From the NCBI GenBank assembly GCA_964537055.1, contig CAZHYV010000004.1, positions 112,661 through 176,660 of the forward strand: DNA of 64,000 nucleotides, read 5' to 3'. Positions within the stretch are counted from its first letter, which is position 1; every line of letters begins with the position of its first letter. The translations under genes were made by a program, and so were the position numbers. Shown here in pieces: positions 58,192 to 64,000 of the stretch. The DNA is from an uncultured Myxococcales bacterium. GTDB lineage: Bacteria > Myxococcota_A > Polyangia > Palsa-1104 > JAEUJZ01. The notes under the pieces were generated by a model. It saw nothing but the letters and a program-made list of their open reading frames with translations, did not search any database and was not told the DNA's origin.

Positions 58192-58986
58192 TTGATCAAA
58201 TACCATCGACATAAGGATATAAGAATGCAAAGGAATTTTATGAAGACATTCTTCCTACGAAATTTTGCGTTTTCCTTTTTCCTTGCATTCATAGGTCTTA
58301 CAATAAGCTCTTCTACATACGCTATCTCGAGTTCCCAGCCTGAATTCATCCTAACCCCTGGGCCTCTTGCCTCACAAATGGAAGCTGCCGCCCACTCCAA
58401 AAAGGTAACACCTTCTTTGACACCTTCCTTAAAACCTGAGCCTACCGTATTTAGAAAAAAAACCAAAGAGCGGCTCCGCATTTTAGGACTGCAGCTTGAT
58501 GTAGGAATTCCCCACGGCGCAGGTCTAGGGCTTGTGGTTCGACCACTCCAATGGTTACGGCTAAGTGCAGCTGGAAATTATAATGTGATCTCTGGAGGCA
58601 TTCGTGGGGGTCTGTCTCTCACCCTTCCCTTTCATTATGCCGTGTTACCCTCTGCGAACGTTGAGGTTGGCTATTTGTTCAAACGAAGCGCAAACTGGGT
58701 AGTGGCAGGTGCCACTGGGTCGCCAGACTTCTCATCCCCCATTCTGGATCAAATAGGCTATCTCTACGTCAATACGCATCTTGGGATTGAGTTTGGAACC
58801 AAACGTTTTACGTTTTTCATCCATGGAGGTTTTAGTTACCTGCAGACGGACCTAGAAAATGTCGATGCTACCTTAAAAGAATTCTTTACCCTTCCTAGCA
58901 ATTCTCAATTTCATCACCCAAACTCACTAAGAGGTTCTTTCAATCTCTATGGTTCCGCAAAAATTGGGTTTATCGTCTATTTTTAA
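58192..58986 (+). CDS. hypothetical secreted or outer-membrane protein
   Basis: Signal peptide, beta-rich sequence and a C-terminal aromatic residue (IVYF); 264 aa. Confidence 0.4.
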   Translation: MIKYHRHKDIRMQRNFMKTFFLRNFAFSFFLAFIGLTISSSTYAISSSQPEFILTPGPLASQMEAAAHSKKVTPSLTPSLKPEPTVFRKKTKERLRILGLQLDVGIPHGAGLGLVVRPLQWLRLSAAGNYNVISGGIRGGLSLTLPFHYAVLPSANVEVGYLFKRSANWVVAGATGSPDFSSPILDQIGYLYVNTHLGIEFGTKRFTFFIHGGFSYLQTDLENVDATLKEFFTLPSNSQFHHPNSLRGSFNLYGSAKIGFIVYF

Positions 58987-58999
58987 GAGGAGACTTTCG

Positions 59000-59566
59000 A
59001 TGACGAATGCTTTTAGAAATCGCTCTTTCCGCATCCTCACCGCCTCTATGCTTCTCTGCATTCTCCTTATTTCGGGATGCGTTCAGGCTAGATTGCAGGA
59101 TGAGTTCTCAATTACATGGCAGGATCAGATTAGCATTCCGCCAGCGGCTATCCCTCTTGGTAGTATTACCGTACCTTATGATTATGAGCTGGATCTTTCT
59201 GAAACGTTTACTAAACTCGGAGGGCCAAGAGACCTATCAGGTGAAGTCAAACTCCGCTCCATTTTATTTACCATTCATTATCCAGAGCCTGAGATGCTTC
59301 ACTCTGTAGATATCGTTCTGATGAGTGAGGGAGATCCCTCTTTACCAGTCCTCCCCATCATGCATTATGAACAAGGAACGTTTACACCAAACCCTCTTGT
59401 GATTGAGGCAGAGGTCACAACAAATTTACTTCCGTACCTAATGGCAGGCAAACTTAAGTTTCATACAGAAGCCTCCGTCAGCCCCTCTCAAATGGGAGGA
59501 GGTTCCTTGCAAATTCAAGCTGAAGCTAAATTTTCTATGGATGTAACGATCCAAAAGTCCCTGTAG
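59000..59566 (+). CDS. hypothetical lipoprotein
   Basis: RBS gaggag 8 nt upstream; lipobox LISGC. The start is set at the internal Met. Confidence 0.4.
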   Translation: MTNAFRNRSFRILTASMLLCILLISGCVQARLQDEFSITWQDQISIPPAAIPLGSITVPYDYELDLSETFTKLGGPRDLSGEVKLRSILFTIHYPEPEMLHSVDIVLMSEGDPSLPVLPIMHYEQGTFTPNPLVIEAEVTTNLLPYLMAGKLKFHTEASVSPSQMGGGSLQIQAEAKFSMDVTIQKSL

Positions 59567-59617
59567 CCGCCTTTCTAAGGCAGACTTGGGAGACGATAAA
59601 GGTCTTTGGGTGAGAAG

Positions 59618-59890
59618 CTAATTCGCAGGCTGATACCCTACAGGCAGCGGCGGAAGGTCTCTCTCTGCAGCTGGGTTTGGCACATAGGTGCCTTGGTTCC
59701 CTGCAATTGATTGAGGGAGCGAAGGGCCTGCTGGTGTATCTCCTTCTTGAATGGAGGGTGGTCTGTCATCAAGACACATCATTGCGCCCTGATTTTGTTC
59801 GATGTGATCTTCGGCGATACTCATATCTTGAGTACCACATGCACCTAAGGACAAGCTGCCTAGAAAAGCCATGAAATAAAAATTTTTCAT
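59618..59890 (-). CDS. hypothetical small lipoprotein
   Basis: Lipobox LSLGACG; 90 aa. Confidence 0.35.
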   Translation of the reverse strand: MKNFYFMAFLGSLSLGACGTQDMSIAEDHIEQNQGAMMCLDDRPPSIQEGDTPAGPSLPQSIAGNQGTYVPNPAAERDLPPLPVGYQPAN

Positions 59891-60151
59891 TATTCATCTC
59901 CTTAAAAATTTAATAATTCCCTACCAGTAAGAAAAAACTTACCTATAACCACATTGTGGCCTTTCTACCCTTATGTCAATAGAAAAAAGTCTTTTATCAC
60001 CGTCGAAAACAGAGGAAAATTGTAAATGCTTGAAAAGACAAGAAGATCTTTAAGTACTTATAAAAAAAGAAACTTAGGAAGCAATCTTAGGGGCGATTTC
60101 GATTTTGACACCCCTCTTCTTTTCCCGTATGATGAGGCCACTGGAGGTCTT

Positions 60152-61432
60152 ATGGATGCAAGATTCTGTAAGCTTAGGTATACAAAGTTTTTCCTCTTGA
60201 TGATTCCCACACTGTTTACCCTTCTCTTTCATGCTTGTGAGAACCACACCGGAAGTTCTGATACAAAACCGCTCGATCCCCAAAGCGGAGCTCCCTCGCA
60301 GTCGGACACTGATCCAGACGAGCATCTACCTCCACCCGAAACGCCGCCACCACCCGTGCCCCCGCCACCACCACCTCCACTTCCACCGAAAGAGCCACCC
60401 GCACCCCAAGCCTGTACAAAGCATGAGGACTGTACCGAAAGTAAGCTTTGCAACTTAGGCGATGCTACGGTGGATTCTACCGATGCAGCTCTTGGGTATT
60501 GTGTCCCCAAGGACAAAGCCGCTTTTGTTGATGCTGACCATTGTCAAAGCACTAGGATGGAGGGAACTTCGTCCTATCCTTATTGCGAGGTGACCGATGC
60601 TGTAGGCAAAGCAACCTATCTTCTTGTCTCACCCAAACAAACGTTTGCTTATAACAAGGTGACCGTTCCTTCAGGAAAACGAACCGTGATTCTGGGGACA
60701 AAGCCGCTCAATGTAGAGGACCCATTCTCGATTGGCACCTCAACCCCGGCAGATCCAAAAGATCGAGACGTTGTCATTCGTGGGATCGAAGCGAAGGGCG
60801 TGGATACCAGCGTTCGACTGAAGAACGTAGCCATCACCTTTGCAGGCATAGGCATCCTATGCGAACAGGGAGCTTCGGTGTGGGCAGTGCGGACCTTTAT
60901 TAAGAACAGCACGGCCGAAGGGATTCGAGCAGGGCTTGGGTGCAAACAAATCACGTTTGAGCAGGGAGGGATTACCTTTAATACAGGCACTGGTCTTTTT
61001 GTCGAGGATGCGAATACCTACTATCGAATTGCAAACAATATCTTTGCTGCCAACCGGCCGGCTGTCATTCTTCGTAGTGAACAAGGTCTGTTTGCCTTAA
61101 ACACGCTCTTTAACAACAAAAATTCTGCCACTATTCCTAACTCGGGAAGCATCCGTTGTGAATCAGGAAGTCACGCATTGATTGCTGATTCCATCGTTGT
61201 GAAAAACGCGCTCGATGATAAGGGTTTCCAAATTCTTTCCGACTGTAAAAAGGAACGTGTGATTGAGGACGAAACCGAAGTAGAATTAGATGAGCTCTTG
61301 CGACTCAACGACACGACACAAAACCGGGCTTTGGTTGCCAAAGACTATGCAGATATTTTGGTGGATCATTTTGGGACGAGGCGACCTATAGGTTCCTCGA
61401 ACATTGGATTCCATCAGCTTCCTCCGAAGTAA
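60152..61432 (+). CDS. secreted proline-rich protein with a predicted right-handed parallel beta-helix (PbH1-like) C-terminal region
   Basis: RBS ggagg 6 nt upstream of the Met. Signal, a Pro-rich linker (PPPETPPPPVPPPPPPPLPPKEPPAP), and C-terminal repeats with N..A.N patterns (NIFAANRPAVIL, NTLFNNKNSATI). Confidence 0.5.
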   Translation: MDARFCKLRYTKFFLLMIPTLFTLLFHACENHTGSSDTKPLDPQSGAPSQSDTDPDEHLPPPETPPPPVPPPPPPPLPPKEPPAPQACTKHEDCTESKLCNLGDATVDSTDAALGYCVPKDKAAFVDADHCQSTRMEGTSSYPYCEVTDAVGKATYLLVSPKQTFAYNKVTVPSGKRTVILGTKPLNVEDPFSIGTSTPADPKDRDVVIRGIEAKGVDTSVRLKNVAITFAGIGILCEQGASVWAVRTFIKNSTAEGIRAGLGCKQITFEQGGITFNTGTGLFVEDANTYYRIANNIFAANRPAVILRSEQGLFALNTLFNNKNSATIPNSGSIRCESGSHALIADSIVVKNALDDKGFQILSDCKKERVIEDETEVELDELLRLNDTTQNRALVAKDYADILVDHFGTRRPIGSSNIGFHQLPPK

Positions 61433-61438
61433 CAGAGG

Positions 61439-61957
61439 CTAGCTGGATTGATCTTGAAGCACCGACTCAGGATCTGCATGGCAGCGTTCTGGATGGAAGC
61501 GTTGCTCAAGAGGAAGGTTGCATTCACGCTCGTGCTCTAGATAAAAATAGCGCATCTGAAACATCAGCTCGATTGCATGGATTCTTAAGAGATCTGTCTT
61601 ATCGAGGTGTCCTGCTTCTGGATCTTTAGGCAAAAACGTCTGTAGCCTCTCTATCTCTTTCAAACAATCTTCCCCACTTGTACAAATGTAGCTAATGACA
61701 GGTTTATGGTAAGCGTAAAGCTCCCTTTTAATCCGTTCAAAATCTCGATGTCTCTGATCGTGCTTCGCTAAGCTAGCTCGCCTAGAATCTTCAATTACCT
61801 GGAGAGCTCCTTTTGGGACACCGTCTGTCTGTACAATTTGACTTCGATAGTCTGTAACAAAAGGATCTTCACCAGTAGACTCCGTCTTTTCATTTGAATT
61901 GGTTGCTCCACAATAGAGGAAAAGTAGAAATGGCGAAAGAAGAAGTAACTTTTTCAT
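61439..61957 (-). CDS. hypothetical secreted protein
   Basis: Signal peptide (LLLSPFLLFLYCGAT); 172 aa. Confidence 0.4.
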   Translation of the reverse strand: MKKLLLLSPFLLFLYCGATNSNEKTESTGEDPFVTDYRSQIVQTDGVPKGALQVIEDSRRASLAKHDQRHRDFERIKRELYAYHKPVISYICTSGEDCLKEIERLQTFLPKDPEAGHLDKTDLLRIHAIELMFQMRYFYLEHERECNLPLEQRFHPERCHADPESVLQDQSS

Positions 61958-62094
61958 GAGCTGGCTCCTGTAAATGATAGACCTACAATAAACTACATTA
62001 ATTATAGCAGAGCTACGAAGGGTTGCAAGCCAAATTCGAAAAGCTACCCCCTACAACGGATCACAAGCAGGCCTTGGCGTCGAAATGGATGTTC

Positions 62095-63618
62095 CTAAGG
62101 AGCTGCCGTTAAAAGAGTCCCTACCTGAAAATTCTTAGGCGTTGAGAGAAAAGCATGTATCGCTCTGTAGAAAAAATAAAGGTCTGCTTTTGACGATACT
62201 TCCATGGGTGCATGTTGCGTAAAGACAGCAATCCCTAGATCGATTACCTCCATTCCTTGACGAGATAATAAGACCCCAATGGTACTTCCACCCCCAACAT
62301 CCCCGTGGGGTGTTTGCGTCTGCCAAGGAATTTGGTACTCCGAGAAAAGCTTGCGAAATTGGGCATACGTTTGAGGATTGGCATCTTTGCTTGAGGCATA
62401 TAACTTAACAACCACGCCAAATCCTAGGCGGCTTGCATTTGTTTCTTCTTGCGTACTTCCCGCAAAGGTGGGATTGATTCCTGTGGTTGTATCGGCAGAA
62501 ATGACAATGCTGTTTTTCATGGCTTGATACAAGGATTCTGGTTGCCCGCTCCCCTGTCCGCTCAGAAGCTGTTGAATCACCTCACGCAAGAAAAAGCTGT
62601 CTGCCCCTGTGTTGTTTTGGCTGCCACTTTCCTCATTATCCGCAAAATAAGCAATGACTGTTTGCCTTGGGGTTTCTGCCTGTTCCAGAACCGCTTGAAG
62701 TGCTGCAAACACACTGGATTTATCGTCCTGCCCATACCCCATGATCATCGACCGATCGAATCCTGCCTCGCGAGGTTCCATTGCGGGAACCAAAGAAAGT
62801 TCAGCTCCTACAAAATCTTCTTCTTCAACATTGTACGGAGTTTGAAATCCATTCAGAAGCTCAGACAGAGGATCTTTATCTGAGGATGTAATCCCAACTA
62901 CAGGATCTAGATCTTCTGTTTTGATCAACGGATACTTTTCCTCCCTCAGTTTTTTATCTTCGTGAGGAGCAGTGTCAGGGATAAACAGCACAGGATCTTT
63001 TGGATCAAGGCCGAACCGAACAGGAACAATCGTACCATCGGTAAGGTGAATCTCTCCCACAAGGGCGAGGGGAATATTCATCCACTGGTAGCTTTTCACA
63101 CTTCCATGGATACGAGTTTGGAGGAGCACGGCTTTTTGTTTTTTATACCAGGGCCGTCCTTTAAGCTCGAGCCGGGGTGAATCAAGATGAGAGGCGATCA
63201 TTCGAAATCCACGGTCGATAGGCTCTTTACCGACATGAACCAAAACCAAGCTCCTGCCATGAGAAGAAAAAAAGAGGCGCGCTCCAGGCTGAACCTTCAT
63301 CCCTTTAGAAAAAAGCTTAAACCCTTTTGCCTGGGCACGTTTTTGAATTTCAGAAACAGCAAGAGTTTCTGTTCGAGCTTCGTGAAGAAATCTTCGGTAA
63401 TCGTTGCTGAACGACTCTAGTTTATTCCGTTCCTGAGCCGAAAGATATGCCATCGCTGGTTTCTTTTGCTCCCAGACGGAGCCAGCTTTCTCCTCAGCAG
63501 ACACAAGCGTGGCTGTAGCTACAGAAATAAGCACAACCGCTTGTTTTATAAATGATAACCAAGACTTACCTAATAGCATAAACACACTCCAACATTTGAG
63601 AGAAGCAAAATTTACCAT
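62095..63618 (-). CDS. M18-family aminopeptidase
   Basis: IASHLDSPRLELKGRP, with metal-binding His/Asp/Glu segments downstream; 507 aa with an N-terminal signal-like segment. Confidence 0.7.
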   Translation of the reverse strand: MVNFASLKCWSVFMLLGKSWLSFIKQAVVLISVATATLVSAEEKAGSVWEQKKPAMAYLSAQERNKLESFSNDYRRFLHEARTETLAVSEIQKRAQAKGFKLFSKGMKVQPGARLFFSSHGRSLVLVHVGKEPIDRGFRMIASHLDSPRLELKGRPWYKKQKAVLLQTRIHGSVKSYQWMNIPLALVGEIHLTDGTIVPVRFGLDPKDPVLFIPDTAPHEDKKLREEKYPLIKTEDLDPVVGITSSDKDPLSELLNGFQTPYNVEEEDFVGAELSLVPAMEPREAGFDRSMIMGYGQDDKSSVFAALQAVLEQAETPRQTVIAYFADNEESGSQNNTGADSFFLREVIQQLLSGQGSGQPESLYQAMKNSIVISADTTTGINPTFAGSTQEETNASRLGFGVVVKLYASSKDANPQTYAQFRKLFSEYQIPWQTQTPHGDVGGGSTIGVLLSRQGMEVIDLGIAVFTQHAPMEVSSKADLYFFYRAIHAFLSTPKNFQVGTLLTAAP

Positions 63619-63664
63619 ACAAACCTAGCTGCGACAACTGCAAGGCCTTAAGATTACCCAAATA

Positions 63665-64000
63665 TTAAGGGAATGGGTGCGGCTTCAACAAAGCAAAATC
63701 ATTCGTAGTTCTAGGTAAGAACAAAGGTCCTCCCAGATGTGGGAAATGATCATTTCCATGCATGGGCTGAAGCCCAGGAATGACCACCTTCAAAACATAG
63801 TACCCTCTTGGGATTACCTCTAACGGAGTTACGTTTCGAAATAGAATAGGATGGTCTTGACCCAAGCGGTCTTTTAGGGACGCTACTGTTTCAGCCTCTA
63901 CCCTTCCAGCCCCTTGAGAAAAGTTTACAGAAGCAGAAGCCCCCTCAGAAACTGCTTTGGCACCATGAGCAAATGGCGTATCCTTCCACTCCTCGGGAAA
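63665..64000 (-). CDS. hypothetical protein, C-terminal part (the ORF continues past the 3' edge of the window)
   Basis: The frame is open from 64000 down to the stop at 63665 (..FPEEWKDTPFAHGAKAV..LKDRLGQDHPILF..). Confidence 0.4.
   Translation of the reverse strand, partial: FPEEWKDTPFAHGAKAVSEGASASVNFSQGAGRVEAETVASLKDRLGQDHPILFRNVTPLEVIPRGYYVLKVVIPGLQPMHGNDHFPHLGGPLFLPRTTNDFALLKPHPFP

Noticed and set aside
60330-60400. A repetitive ccn/cca-rich nucleotide stretch that could be mistaken for a tandem repeat or CRISPR-like array
   Set aside because: It encodes a polyproline tract within an ORF. The units are irregular, with no repeat-spacer periodicity. No CRISPR array exists anywhere in the window.

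Overview
This is a 64-kb bacterial chromosomal window of about 46% GC with no rRNA genes and no CRISPR array. Most of it is a housekeeping backbone: a GyrB/ParE-type topoisomerase subunit, tRNA-Asp, serS, a HIT hydrolase, rpsA, cmk, asnS, rpmB, an amino-acid permease with a C-terminal Usp-like domain, an AzgA-type purine permease, an S9 dipeptidyl peptidase, a DExH helicase, the conserved rpmH-rnpA-yidD-yidC-mnmE-rsmG cluster, glmU, a bacterial type IB topoisomerase, nnr, an SDR oxidoreductase, YjbQ, a 983-aa S41 protease, sodC and an M18 aminopeptidase. Many secreted or lipoprotein-like hypothetical proteins are interspersed, and the taxon cannot be assigned from sequence alone. Three features look acquired. 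(1) A 2.7-kb low-GC islet sits directly after tRNA-Ala(GGC). It is bounded by a 55-nt direct repeat of the tRNA 3' end and carries an overlapping two-gene operon: a YhcG/DUF1016-family PD-(D/E)XK nuclease followed by a SIR2-like (SIR2_2, NADase-type) protein. The SIR2-like frame is split by a 1-nt indel in an A6 homopolymer. This is the best candidate for an undescribed anti-phage defence module. A truncated Fic gene and a nested palindromic element lie just beyond the islet. (2) A 2.5-kb cassette encodes a secreted C39-like cysteine peptidase and a beta-propeller-like protein. It is flanked by imperfect 56-bp direct repeats that duplicate the last 16 codons plus stop of the upstream gene. (3) A roughly 2-kb high-GC (about 57%) islet holds a DUF2071 protein, a membrane-anchored methyltransferase-like protein and a small membrane protein. 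Other points of note are internal tandem duplications in two secreted proteins, paralogous small lipoproteins, and a proline-rich beta-helix protein.
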